Assembly: GCA_965231005.1 (NCBI GenBank)
Contig: OZ246405.1
Span: 167,204 to 231,203 of the forward strand
Direction of reading: 5' to 3'
Length of the DNA stretch: 64,000 nucleotides
Source: an uncultured Gammaproteobacteria bacterium
GTDB taxonomy: Bacteria > Patescibacteriota > Patescibacteriia > Magasanikbacterales > UBA922
The notes under the pieces are model-generated. The model made no database searches and was not told where the DNA came from. It worked only from the letters and a program-made list of their open reading frames with translations. The position numbers were made by a program, and so were the translations under genes. Below, one piece after another: positions 47,381 to 56,398 of the stretch; position 1 is the stretch's first letter, and each line of letters opens with the position of its first letter.

Positions 47381-47854
47381 CTATTCTTGGTCAATTTTCT
47401 TCTTGATTTCATACATGGCAATTCCAGCTGCAATACTTACATTAAGACTTCTTTTTGTGCCATACATTGGAATATGAATAATACTGTCACAATGAGGTAA
47501 AATGTCTGGATCAATGCCTTTCACCTCATTTCCTACAATAAGTGCCAAAGGCGTGGAAAATGTTGTCTCAGCAATGTCAGTACTTGTCTCTGTTTTTTCT
47601 AATCCAACAATAGAAAAACCCTCTGACTTTAATTTTTGAATTAACTCAAGCAAATCTTCATGTTTTTCCCACTTCATCCAAAGTTCAGCACCAAGAGATA
47701 CTTTGTCGATCTGTGGTTTTGGTGGCGTCGCTGTATAACCAACTAAATGGAGTTTTGAAAATCCACACGCATCAGCAGTACGAAACATCGCACCAACATT
47801 ATGGCACGATCTCATACTCGGAAGGATTATATGTAGTTCATTTTTCATACACAC
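47381..47854 (-). CDS. SpoU/TrmH-family RNA 2'-O-methyltransferase (TrmL-like)
   Basis: SPOUT motifs LIVGNEVKGI and IPMYG..SLNVS. Confidence 0.8.
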   Translation of the reverse strand: MCMKNELHIILPSMRSCHNVGAMFRTADACGFSKLHLVGYTATPPKPQIDKVSLGAELWMKWEKHEDLLELIQKLKSEGFSIVGLEKTETSTDIAETTFSTPLALIVGNEVKGIDPDILPHCDSIIHIPMYGTKRSLNVSIAAGIAMYEIKKKIDQE

Positions 47855-47871
47855 ACTCTAACATAAAAAAA

Positions 47872-47905
47872 TAAAAAAACAACCCCGGGAAACAGGGTTG
47901 TTTTA
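47872..47905 (-). terminator. Terminator
   Basis: CAACCC-cgggaaaca-GGGTTG followed by TTTT. Confidence 0.65.
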
Positions 47906-47913
47906 AATAATTC

Positions 47914-49362
47914 CTAGCTATCTGCCTTTTTCATTTCAATTTTTTTCTTCAATACTGGTTTTTTAGCAGGTACCTTTGTAGCCTCATTTACCTTCTTCAA
48001 AATGGGCTTTTTCGCTGGTGCAACATCTTTTTTAATCTTCTTTTCTTTAAGATCCTTTAAAATTTGGTCTGCCTTTTTTGTAGGTTGAATCTTTTTCATT
48101 TCTCTTTTTGCTTCATCTCGTGTTACATCTTTATGAACAGCATCTTTCACAGCTTCTTTTTTCTTGTTCAACTGGATTGCTTTTTTAATAACTGGCTTTG
48201 GCTTTCTATTTGAGTCCAACGCTTTCTTTTCATCTCCAGCATTTTCTTTTCTTTTTTCAATTCGATCTTCTCGCTTCTTCTCTACACGAGCTTTTAATGT
48301 ACCTTTTCTCTTTTCTAATTTTTCTTTTGAATTGTCAATAAGACTTTTTACCCTTTCTTGTCCTGCATTTATTCTTTTCAATTTCTTTGCAGCTTCTTCG
48401 TCACCGTCACTTGCTGCAGCACGAAGTTCTTTTTTCTTTTCAATCAATTCTTTGTGAACCTCTTTTACTCGTTCACGCTTATCAGCAGCTTTTTCTTTAC
48501 GATTTTCACGCAATTCTTTAATTTTTGCTGCAGCTTCTTCTGATCCTTCTCGTGCGTCTTTAAACAATGTAGCTTTTGCCTTCTTAAATTCCTTTAAATC
48601 CTTTGTGTGATTTTCAATTCTCTTTTTTACATGTCTAAGATGCTTAACAACATTTTCTGGAATGTTATCGTTCTTAATTGCGTTCAGCAAACGACCATTT
48701 TTCTCTAGCATTTGCTCACGACGTTCTTGAAATTTTTCCAAAGCATCTTCTGGAAGTCTTTCCTCTATTCTATCAAGTACTTTTTCTCTACGAACTTGAT
48801 GATTTGCAATATTCTTTAACAATTTTTGTACTTTCTCATCTTTCTTTTCAATCCATTTTGCCTTTTTCTCCTCCATGTTTTCCAACATTGTATTTGCTCG
48901 TTCAATAACTTTCTGAGCTTTTTCTTGTGCTTTTGGATTGTCACTGTTTGCTGCAATTTTTTCTGCAATTCGCATGCGTTCTTCTGCAAATTTTACTTGC
49001 TTTTCAGCTTTCTTAACAGGATCAAATGTAACAATCAATGAAAGTCGCTCACGAAGTCCACGAAACCACAAACCTGTACCACTTGGCTCTTCTTCTGGGA
49101 CATCAATATCAACATCTTCGAGAGATGTATCTACAACTTCACCAGTTTCCTCGTCAACGTCTACATCTAATTCTGTAATTTCTTCATCTTCATTAGCATC
49201 TTCTGCGTCATCCTCTACAACTTCTGTTGTTTCTGCTTCATCTGCAGAAGTATCGTCTGACTGAGCATGTGCTGCAACTATTCCAATATAAAAAAACAGC
49301 AAAATAGCTGCAAAAAACACGACCATGTAGCGTGTAAGTGATTGAAAAAAGGCCTTATTCAT
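47914..49362 (-). CDS. Membrane-anchored acidic and Lys/Glu-rich coiled-coil protein
   Basis: N-terminal transmembrane/signal segment, a DE-rich region, then a roughly 350-aa KE-rich coiled coil. Confidence 0.5.
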   Translation of the reverse strand: MNKAFFQSLTRYMVVFFAAILLFFYIGIVAAHAQSDDTSADEAETTEVVEDDAEDANEDEEITELDVDVDEETGEVVDTSLEDVDIDVPEEEPSGTGLWFRGLRERLSLIVTFDPVKKAEKQVKFAEERMRIAEKIAANSDNPKAQEKAQKVIERANTMLENMEEKKAKWIEKKDEKVQKLLKNIANHQVRREKVLDRIEERLPEDALEKFQERREQMLEKNGRLLNAIKNDNIPENVVKHLRHVKKRIENHTKDLKEFKKAKATLFKDAREGSEEAAAKIKELRENRKEKAADKRERVKEVHKELIEKKKELRAAASDGDEEAAKKLKRINAGQERVKSLIDNSKEKLEKRKGTLKARVEKKREDRIEKRKENAGDEKKALDSNRKPKPVIKKAIQLNKKKEAVKDAVHKDVTRDEAKREMKKIQPTKKADQILKDLKEKKIKKDVAPAKKPILKKVNEATKVPAKKPVLKKKIEMKKADS

Positions 49363-49428
49363 ATAAATATGTTAGAAATAAGCCTTTTGATTATAACACA
49401 CCACTACATATTTGGGGAAATAATAAAT

Positions 49429-50022
49429 TTATGGTTTTTTTACTTTATCAAACATGTCCATATGAACCATATGTTCAAACATACCACGAAGGATAATCTC
49501 TTCATTTTTCATTTGTTCTATTTCTTCTTCGTCTAACGTGGATTGACCTGCTTCTATATCTTGCTGAAGTTCGCTCCTTCTTAGAGCGACCCAATCATAT
49601 GGACTTCTAGTAGTTCTTTTAACCCGTACAACATGTGTAATCTGAATAAGAGCAGAACCCTCTTCTCTAAATTTTCCTTCTTTATACAGCCGAGAAACCT
49701 CTTTTAGAATACCCTCCTGTACTCGTAGACTTTTTATATCAAACTCATAATTATGATCTCCTGTACTCCGAAAACGAGCTTCTGCTTCTGCAAGCATTTC
49801 ATCATTCATTTCTTTAAGACGAGAAAAATACAAAATACCATCCTTATATTTTCTTTCTGAATCCCTTCCAGTCAAATCCCTTCTGTCAGGATCTTCATGA
49901 TCTTTTTTCAAGTCTTGCTCAAGCCACTTGCCAGAATCACTCGTAATGGCATCCTTTTTCCTAGGGAGAGCTGCTAATAGCTCTGGAGGAACAGGTGTTT
50001 TCCTTATTCTGCTTCGAGACAT
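49429..50022 (-). CDS. Hypothetical charged protein
   Basis: 197-aa ORF with host composition. Confidence 0.4.
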   Translation of the reverse strand: MSRSRIRKTPVPPELLAALPRKKDAITSDSGKWLEQDLKKDHEDPDRRDLTGRDSERKYKDGILYFSRLKEMNDEMLAEAEARFRSTGDHNYEFDIKSLRVQEGILKEVSRLYKEGKFREEGSALIQITHVVRVKRTTRSPYDWVALRRSELQQDIEAGQSTLDEEEIEQMKNEEIILRGMFEHMVHMDMFDKVKKP

Positions 50023-50435
50023 AGGAATACTATTACCCTATTGAAACGCGTGGCAAAAATAAAAAAACAGCTACCAACAAACTGATACCTGCAAGCAAAT
50101 AATAGTAAACAAGGTGAAATTCTTCTCTTTCTTGGGTATTAAAAAGACCCTTATGTTTATGTTGCATAGATTTTGTGTTTGTTTTGATGTTTATGTTTGT
50201 TTGGGGCGCATTGTCCCCTGTCTTTGTGTCCCAACTGGCGTGTGAGATCACACGTTATGATACAAAAGCACTACACACCTACATTATTCTCCGATAAAAC
50301 AACAACCGGATGAAAAATATAAATATCTGCTACTTTTATATAACTATTATAGCAGAAAAAAGGGCGTTTGTCAATAGCAATTTTTTGCAAAAAACCTTTA
50401 CTTTGCGATTCAAGTGTCGTAAAATAGTTACATAT

Positions 50436-51413
50436 ATGAAAAAAAATCTTGCAAAACTTCTCAGAGAATTTCTTGAACATTTAGAAATTGAAAAAAATCG
50501 AAGCAGCAAAACTGTTCAAAACTATACCTTCTATCTTTTTAGATTTTTAGAGTGGCATGGAGAAGATAAAGGGGCAAAAAGTATTGATGGTGAGGCTGTA
50601 CGCCAATATCGTCTTTGGTTAAATAGGCTTGTTGATGTTCACGGGGAACCCTTGAAAAAAAATACACAAAATTATCATCTTATTGCATTGCGTTCTTTTC
50701 TAAAATACCTAGCAAAACGTGATATCACGAGTTTGGCAGCAGAAAAAATTGAATTAATGAAAATGCCAGACCGCCAAGTAACATTTTTAGAAGGCACAGA
50801 TCTTAGTCGCCTACTCGAAGCACCAGTAGAAGAATTAAAAAATACAAAAGACCAAAAAAACGCATCAACAAATAGACTGATCGGTCTTAGAGACAAATGT
50901 ATTTTAGAAATGTTGTTTTCAACCGGTCTACGTGTTTCAGAATTGGCAAAATTAAAAATTGAAGATGTAAATGTTGAAAAGGATGAATTTACTATTCAAG
51001 GGAAGGGAAAGAAAACAAGAATTGTATTTTTATCTGAGCAGGCAAAATACTGGTTAAAAGAATACACAAAAGCAAGAAAAGACATGAATCCTCATTTATT
51101 TGTATCTCATGACAAGAACAAAAAGGCAAGAGACAAAAAAGCAGAAACTCTCGAGTCAATTAGTCCAAGGACGATTCAACGAATTGTTCAAAAATATGCA
51201 AAAATAGCTGGAATTACAAAACCAGTAACTCCTCATACCTTGCGACATTCATTTGCAACAGATCTTTTGCAAAATGGAGCAGATATTAGGAGTGTTCAGA
51301 GCATGCTAGGTCATTCTTCTATAACAACAACACAAATTTACACCCATATTACAGATAAGGAGCTTCGAAAGATACACAAAAAATTCCATGGGAAAAAGCG
51401 AAGTGGCGATTGA
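50436..51413 (+). CDS. Tyrosine site-specific recombinase, XerC/XerD-like
   Basis: Catalytic R..K..HxxR..Y (LRHSFATDLL, GHSSITTTQIYTH). AT-rich. Confidence 0.8.
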   Translation: MKKNLAKLLREFLEHLEIEKNRSSKTVQNYTFYLFRFLEWHGEDKGAKSIDGEAVRQYRLWLNRLVDVHGEPLKKNTQNYHLIALRSFLKYLAKRDITSLAAEKIELMKMPDRQVTFLEGTDLSRLLEAPVEELKNTKDQKNASTNRLIGLRDKCILEMLFSTGLRVSELAKLKIEDVNVEKDEFTIQGKGKKTRIVFLSEQAKYWLKEYTKARKDMNPHLFVSHDKNKKARDKKAETLESISPRTIQRIVQKYAKIAGITKPVTPHTLRHSFATDLLQNGADIRSVQSMLGHSSITTTQIYTHITDKELRKIHKKFHGKKRSGD

Positions 51414-51438
51414 CAAATCGTTGTTTTAGCGTTACTAT
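51410..51438 (+). promoter_or_regulatory. Promoter of tRNA-Arg
   Basis: TTGACA, 17-bp spacer, TACTAT, 12 nt before the tRNA. Confidence 0.55.
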
Positions 51439-51450
51439 AGCCCTCATTAC

Positions 51451-51522
51451 GCCCTGATAGTTCAATGGATAGAACACCGGCCTTCTAAGCCGGGAATGTA
51501 GGTTCGATCCCTACTCGGGGCA
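51451..51522 (+). tRNA. tRNA-Arg (anticodon TCT)
   Basis: Hand-folded cloverleaf with a 7-bp acceptor stem containing one G-U pair, D-arm GTTC/GAAC, anticodon loop CTTCTAA and T-arm GTAGG-TTCGATC-CCTAC. Confidence 0.8.
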
Positions 51523-51562
51523 CAATACAAACACCAACCTTTAACTATTAATATAAAAAGGT

Positions 51563-52306
51563 ATGGAAATCACATCACTTTTTACATTCATCATAATCGT
51601 GCTGCTTATCAGCATTCGCCAGGTGAATGAATATCAACGGGGGGTTAAATTTCAGCTCGGAAAATTTACACGAGTAGTAAATCCAGGTTGGAGATTGGTC
51701 ATTCCAATTTTCCAAAGCATGGTAAAAGTAGACATCCGTGTTAAGGCAGTCGATGTTCCTTTTCAAGAAGCAATTACAAAGGACAATATTTCTGCAAAAA
51801 TCAATGCGGTTATTTACTACCGAGTAGCAGATGCAAAAAGAGCAATTATTGAAGTGGAACGATTTAGACATGCAGTCAGTCAGCTTGCACAAACAACAAT
51901 GAGAAATGTTGTAGGTGAAATGGAATTGGATCAATTACTTTCTAATCGTTTAGCTGCTGCACAAAAAATAAAAGAAATTGTTGACGCTGCAAGTGATCCA
52001 TGGGGAATTGAAGTTGAAAGTGTTGAACTGAAAGACGTTATTCTTCCAGACGATATGCAACGTGTTATTGCAAAACAAGCAGAAGCAGAACGTGAAAGAC
52101 GTGCAGTTGTTATTAAATCTGGTGGTGAAGTTGAAGCAGCAGAAAACTTGCGAAGAGCTGCAGAAATGTTGCACAGTCAGACTGGTGCGCTTCACTTGCG
52201 TACATTGAATACACTGAATGATTTGAGTTCAGATCAAAGTAATACTGTGATTTTTGCTCTTCCACTCGAGGTCTTGAGAGCGTTTGAGAAAATGGGAAGC
52301 AGATAA
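51563..52306 (+). CDS. SPFH/band-7 (stomatin/HflK-like) protein
   Basis: N-terminal transmembrane helix then an SPFH domain (RVVNPGWRLVIP...). Confidence 0.8.
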   Translation: MEITSLFTFIIIVLLISIRQVNEYQRGVKFQLGKFTRVVNPGWRLVIPIFQSMVKVDIRVKAVDVPFQEAITKDNISAKINAVIYYRVADAKRAIIEVERFRHAVSQLAQTTMRNVVGEMELDQLLSNRLAAAQKIKEIVDAASDPWGIEVESVELKDVILPDDMQRVIAKQAEAERERRAVVIKSGGEVEAAENLRRAAEMLHSQTGALHLRTLNTLNDLSSDQSNTVIFALPLEVLRAFEKMGSR

Positions 52307-52319
52307 AAAAATTACAAAA

Positions 52320-52351
52320 TAAAAAACCTGGCCTAAGGCCAGGTTTTTTGC
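52320..52351. terminator. Bidirectional terminator
   Basis: AACCTGGCC-taa-GGCCAGGTT flanked by A and T tracts. Confidence 0.8.
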
Positions 52352-52367
52352 TATTCGCAAAACTAAT

Positions 52368-52898
52368 TTATTTTATGATCCAAGGACTTACATCACTTTC
52401 AGATAAGTACTCCCCACTTTCTCCACAAAAAGATCCAGAAAACTCACAATAAGAACCGCTGAGTTTATTATCTTCTGTCCATTCAAAATTGATTGGATTA
52501 ATATCCTTACCAACAACATCATATGTCTTTCTGTCTGCAACAGAATATATTTTTACATACACACTTTCCCACCCATCAGCAAGCATTGCAACAAACTTTT
52601 TATCTGGTGAAAATTCAGCTTTTGAATATCTGTACTGAGAAAAATGAGAACTTACATCTCCATCAACCTCCTTTTTCTGCTCGGCTACTAGCGTAGATTG
52701 ACCTTCCTCGTCTGCAATATAAACATCACCGTTCTTTATATGAACCTGACTTATCTTTTTTTGAGACTGATCTTTTTGCTCAACTATGTTGCTGCCGTCA
52801 TTATAATCACCTTCAGGCGTAACATGTAACTTCACAGACGCGCAACCGGCACCAAATAAAATTGTTATAAAGCAAAGAAAAATTATTCTTTTATACAT
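52368..52898 (-). CDS. Lipoprotein
   Basis: Lipobox LFGAGC after a hydrophobic signal. About 176 aa. Confidence 0.6.
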   Translation of the reverse strand: MYKRIIFLCFITILFGAGCASVKLHVTPEGDYNDGSNIVEQKDQSQKKISQVHIKNGDVYIADEEGQSTLVAEQKKEVDGDVSSHFSQYRYSKAEFSPDKKFVAMLADGWESVYVKIYSVADRKTYDVVGKDINPINFEWTEDNKLSGSYCEFSGSFCGESGEYLSESDVSPWIIK

Positions 52899-52970
52899 AA
52901 TATATTTATTAGCAATACTCAAAAACCTTAACAAGAAGCCATTGACCTGTCAAATCAAAAAACAGAGATC

Positions 52971-52999
52971 TTGACACAGGTGGCAGATTGAAGTATAAT
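52971..52999 (+). promoter_or_regulatory. Promoter of tRNA-His
   Basis: TTGACA, 17-bp spacer, TATAAT. Confidence 0.6.
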
Positions 53000-53023
53000 T
53001 GTCTTCGACAAAGCCCCTAGCGG

Positions 53024-53097
53024 GGTGGCTATGGTGTAGTGGTAACACAGAGGCTTGTGGTGCCTTTATCACGGGTTCGATCCCCGTTAGCCACCCC
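53024..53097 (+). tRNA. tRNA-His (anticodon GTG) with an encoded G-1
   Basis: Hand-folded. G-1 pairs with discriminator C. Acceptor GTGGCTA/TAGCCAC. Anticodon loop TTGTGGT. T-arm ACGGG-TTCGATC-CCCGT. Confidence 0.8.
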
Positions 53098-53116
53098 TTT
53101 GGGGGTTTTTTATTTG
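53089..53116 (+). repeat. tRNA-His 3' end plus terminator, repeat copy i
   Basis: AGCCACCCCTTTGGGGGTTTTTTATTTG. An identical 28-mer recurs at 54081-54108 and a diverged copy at 53569-53606. Confidence 0.8.
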
Positions 53117-53120
53117 GATC

Positions 53121-53149
53121 AAAAAAACACCAGAGTTGGTGTTCTTTTG
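53121..53149. repeat. Cassette-boundary hairpin module 1
   Basis: AAAAAAACACCA-gagt-TGGTGTTCTTTTG. Confidence 0.75.
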
Positions 53150-53182
53150 TTATAGGAAAAGCCGTATAGGTCTAGTCATGAT

Positions 53183-53500
53183 CTACCCCCCTGCCTCAAA
53201 TATCGTTGCCAGATCTTCAATTTCCTCTCTTGTCCATCCATCATAATATTCGCTCCAAAAAGGATGTTCTTTATCCTCAAGCATCGCTCTATAGTCGTAG
53301 GACAGACTCTTAAACGAGACTGGGGATGGGTTTTCAGACTCCAGCACACTACGCTCTTTCTCAAATTCACGCTGGAATATTTTCATCACCCTGTCTGTAG
53401 GTGCCAACTGCTTGGCTTTTTCACTGACCCTGTTTAGTATCTCCTCACCCATCTCCTTTACATACGCAATTTCCCTATATGGGCTCAATTCACTATCCAT
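53183..53500 (-). CDS. Hypothetical 105-aa acidic protein (cassette F6)
   Basis: ORF between boundary modules. Its promoter TTGTTC, 16-bp spacer, TATAAT lies at 53528-53555. Confidence 0.5.
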   Translation of the reverse strand: MDSELSPYREIAYVKEMGEEILNRVSEKAKQLAPTDRVMKIFQREFEKERSVLESENPSPVSFKSLSYDYRAMLEDKEHPFWSEYYDGWTREEIEDLATIFEAGG

Positions 53501-53568
53501 ATGAAAATATTAATAATAATCTCCCTCATTATAGCACCAATCAGAGAATGAACAAAGTTCTAATACCG

Positions 53569-53606
53569 CCCACTAACCCACCCCAGTGGGGGTTTCTTTT
53601 TTTACG
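53569..53606 (+). repeat. Diverged copy ii of the tRNA-His 3' end plus terminator module
   Basis: CCCACTAACCCACCCCAGTGGGGGTTTCTTTTTTTACG compared with CCCACTGAGCCACCCCTTTGGGGGTTTTTTATTTGCAC. Confidence 0.6.
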
Positions 53607-53653
53607 CTAATTTTCTTGTTTTTGTTGAGGGAAATATCTTGGCTCTAACCAAA

Positions 53654-53683
53654 CAAAAAAACACCATGGTTGGTGTTCTTTTG
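53654..53683. repeat. Cassette-boundary hairpin module 2
   Basis: AAAAAAACACCA-tggt-TGGTGTTCTTTTG, followed by a second hairpin GCGGTTT..AAACCGC. Confidence 0.75.
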
Positions 53684-53740
53684 TGCTCGCGGTTTTTTGG
53701 GAAACCGCGAAAACCTTTGGCCTTTCCTCTCACGTAAGGA

Positions 53741-53974
53741 TTACCGACGAGAGCAGGAATCGCGAGGCAAGGAAAGCACTGTTCCCCGGCCACCGCACCG
53801 AGAACAGCGGGATCTTGCAGCGCGCCTGCTGCACCCTCCTCCGCCACATGCGGGACATGTCGGGCAGGTCATCGTGAACCCGTGCCCTCCACATCTTGTG
53901 CACGTTGAAGAGAACGTAACTTCGCCACTTCCATCACACCTGGGGCAAGTGACTCTAATTTCCTTCTCATTCAT
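53741..53974 (-). CDS. GC-rich 77-aa DnaJ-type zinc-finger miniprotein with four CxxCxGxG repeats (cassette F5)
   Basis: CPRCDGSG, CTRCGGHG, CPTCPACGGGG, CSRCGGRG. SD is AAGGAGG. The promoter TTGACA, 17-bp spacer, TATATA lies at 54008-54036. Confidence 0.6.
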   Translation of the reverse strand: MNEKEIRVTCPRCDGSGEVTFSSTCTRCGGHGFTMTCPTCPACGGGGCSRRAARSRCSRCGGRGTVLSLPRDSCSRR

Positions 53975-54071
53975 ACAACCCTCCTTGGTTGTTGAAACAC
54001 ACATTCATATATAGCATGGCAGTTCTTTCTTGTCAACTGTACAACACTCTTTATATCGAGGATACTAATAT

Positions 54072-54108
54072 CCCCCACTGAGCCACCCCTTTGGGGGTTT
54101 TTTATTTG
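54072..54108 (+). repeat. tRNA-His 3' end plus terminator, repeat copy iii (identical 28-mer)
   Basis: CCCCCACTGAGCCACCCCTTTGGGGGTTTTTTATTTG. Confidence 0.8.
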
Positions 54109-54163
54109 CACTGTGTCTCGCCGAAGCCCTGTCTGCCGACAGGCAGGTTTAGTGAAGGCGGAT

Positions 54164-54192
54164 CAAAAAAACACCATTACTGGTGTTCTTTT
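54164..54192. repeat. Cassette-boundary hairpin module 3
   Basis: AAAAAAACACCA-ttac-TGGTGTTCTTTTG. Confidence 0.75.
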
Positions 54193-54303
54193 GTTATCGG
54201 GCGATTCGTATTGAATCACCCATCTCCTTCAGCCCGATATAGCTCGGGCCAGGCCTCTGCAAAAAGCAGGAGTGAAAGGTGGCTTTCTCAGCCACTACGT
54301 TTT

Positions 54304-55476
54304 TCATCGGCTTTTCCGACGGCGTCTATTCCTTGGGCTAGGTTTTCTTCGCGGTCTTCTCAGTCGGATAAAGGACAAACCCTCGAGTGCACGAATGGCA
54401 GACTGCTCTTTGGATTTTTCCGCACTGGATCCAACACCAATCCCAATTCGCTGCTCTCCGACGAACACTTGTCCGACGAACCAAGTCTGCGAACCTGACC
54501 TTTGCTCAACCTCATAGGTTGGCAACACGCCGAGCTGCTCTAGTAACCTGCGCTGCAATTTCTCGACTGCGCTGTTTGGGGTCCCTTCAGCATACTTCTG
54601 GACCTCGAGCTCGACTTGTGGAGTAGAGGCCGGAGGTGGTTCAGGTTCAACGTTACTTGGAGCCCGAGACGTTGTTGCTGGAGAAGTTCGTTTGTTTGTG
54701 GAAGATAGGGTTCGTGAAGGTTCGCTGCGAGGAGCTGTTGGCTCAACTCGAGTGAACAACTGTGGATGCATTCTGGCGAGCTTTATCAGTGCGCGCCTTG
54801 CAGCTTCTTCCATGGACGCAGGCTTAGTACTGCCCATGCCAGATGCGAAATCCTGTCCATCGATGAGAGCAACAGACCGGACTCTGCCGGTTGGAATCTT
54901 CCCGTTCTGCTTCACAGTCCTCATGCCAGGCTTTTTGCCAAGCCGAGTAACCAGAAGCCGAAACCTCACAAAAGGAGTGTTGAGATGTCTCTGTCTGACT
55001 TCTGGGAGCCGAGAACAAACAAGTCTGTGAACAAACGACCTTGCTTCTCCATACCCGACATCAAGGTTAATCGCCTGAATGATTGCTTCCATTGCACAAG
55101 CAACCTTCATGTAGCTGCGACCAATACGGAGGCTCTTCTTTTGGTACACAGTCCCGCGGATGTCGAGATGCAAGCCAAGACTGATTCCAATATCAGCAAG
55201 ACATCGGTTGCTAACCAGCTCTCGGCAGTATCGAGTCAGTTCGACTAACGTCTCCCCTGGTGCTCGATGGCTGACAAGATATCCTCTGACAATACCTTCG
55301 AGAAGTCCGTCACCGATCCACTCGAATTCTCTGTTGTCGCCGAGCTCGCTTGCTTCGGGATTCTCCCAGACAAATTCCTTGGTAGTCAGTGCAACGAGAA
55401 GAACTCGCTTGTCTTCGAACGTCACACCGATCTTTTTCTCAACTCGCGAAACAAGTTCGCGGTCAGATTGGTGCAT
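54304..55476 (-). CDS. GC-rich RNase III-like protein with two C-terminal dsRBDs, a Pro/Ser/Thr-rich linker and an Arg-rich tail (cassette F4)
   Basis: The signature NREFEWIGDGLLEGIV parallels ERLEFLGDSILS. Two dsRBD C-terminal halves are present (GSTKPASMEEAARRALIKL and GSSAEKSKEQSAIRALEGL). The second catalytic Asp appears replaced by Cys in hand alignment (ACAMEAI versus ADTVEAL). The promoter lies at 55565-55593. Confidence 0.7.
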   Translation of the reverse strand: MHQSDRELVSRVEKKIGVTFEDKRVLLVALTTKEFVWENPEASELGDNREFEWIGDGLLEGIVRGYLVSHRAPGETLVELTRYCRELVSNRCLADIGISLGLHLDIRGTVYQKKSLRIGRSYMKVACAMEAIIQAINLDVGYGEARSFVHRLVCSRLPEVRQRHLNTPFVRFRLLVTRLGKKPGMRTVKQNGKIPTGRVRSVALIDGQDFASGMGSTKPASMEEAARRALIKLARMHPQLFTRVEPTAPRSEPSRTLSSTNKRTSPATTSRAPSNVEPEPPPASTPQVELEVQKYAEGTPNSAVEKLQRRLLEQLGVLPTYEVEQRSGSQTWFVGQVFVGEQRIGIGVGSSAEKSKEQSAIRALEGLSFIRLRRPRRKPSPRNRRRRKSR

Positions 55477-55617
55477 GTGCACCTCCCAATATGCTATGAA
55501 GCTCTACCCTTCTTGTGCGAAGAGGAGCTTAGTTTTTATATGCCCATGTTTTGTGGGACGTATAAACATATCATAACACAGTTTTTTTGTCAATAAAGCG
55601 AACTTTTTAATGAAATA

Positions 55618-55649
55618 TCAAAAAAACACCATTTTCTGGTGTTCTTTTG
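55618..55649. repeat. Cassette-boundary hairpin module 4
   Basis: ATCAAAAAAACACCA-tttt-CTGGTGTTCTTTTG. Confidence 0.75.
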
Positions 55650-55800
55650 ATTGGCCCCAACAATGATGTTCGTCATGTCAGAGCGGTGTTTGGTCAACTG
55701 CAAGCAGCTGCCTAAGTAGGGAGCATTCGTCAACGAGTGACAAATGATTCCAAGGGCCAAAGGCCAGAATCTGGAGGACTATGATTTTTTTTGCTGGCGA

Positions 55801-56214
55801 CTAGCTCAGCAGTTCGCGGATGCTCGTGCTAAGCGACTCGCTCAGGTGTTGATCGACAACGAGCTTGCCATCGACCTTGTTCATGATGACGACATGGGTC
55901 ATGCCATTCGAGGACATTTCTGCCTCGAGCAACAGCTGATACATGTCGATGAGTTTGACAGGAATCTTCTTGAGCATCTCTGGGTTTCTCGCAAACGATT
56001 GAATCGACACGATGTTGCCAGTGAGATCAGGAAAAAGCGCGTCTCCATTCTCGTCCCACAGAGGGGAATCTTCAGGTTCGCTCACAGTGACCACTGCGAC
56101 GCGTCCATCGGACCAAATCCTTCTCAGCTTCTCCTCCTCTCGTCGAGTGAAGGAGCATCCGAAATGATCTGCAAGAACCCAACAGGCCCTATCATACTTA
56201 TCATACCTATCCAT
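55801..56214 (-). CDS. GC-rich hypothetical 137-aa protein (cassette F3)
   Basis: The promoter TTGACA, 16-bp spacer, TATATT is at 56248-56275. The leader carries the inverted repeat GTCCA-caaaa-TGGAC. SD is AAGGAGGTGAAAG. Confidence 0.55.
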   Translation of the reverse strand: MDRYDKYDRACWVLADHFGCSFTRREEEKLRRIWSDGRVAVVTVSEPEDSPLWDENGDALFPDLTGNIVSIQSFARNPEMLKKIPVKLIDMYQLLLEAEMSSNGMTHVVIMNKVDGKLVVDQHLSESLSTSIRELLS

Positions 56215-56328
56215 CTTTCACCTCCTTGTCCATTTTGTGGACGCTTTAATATAGCATAAAAAAAGCTTTTTGTCAAGGGGGAATCCTGAATATTTATTTA
56301 AAATAAAGCATTTTTTTGCAAATTTAAT

Positions 56329-56347
56329 ATCAAAAAAACACCATTTT
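56329..56347. repeat. Cassette-boundary module 5 (truncated, 5' arm only)
   Basis: ATCAAAAAAACACCATTTT then AACAATGATG. The 3' arm present in module 4 is deleted. Confidence 0.6.
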
Positions 56348-56398
56348 AACAATGATGCCTTTTTGGTTTAGGGCAATGCTCCAAGATTGCCCCTCCCC

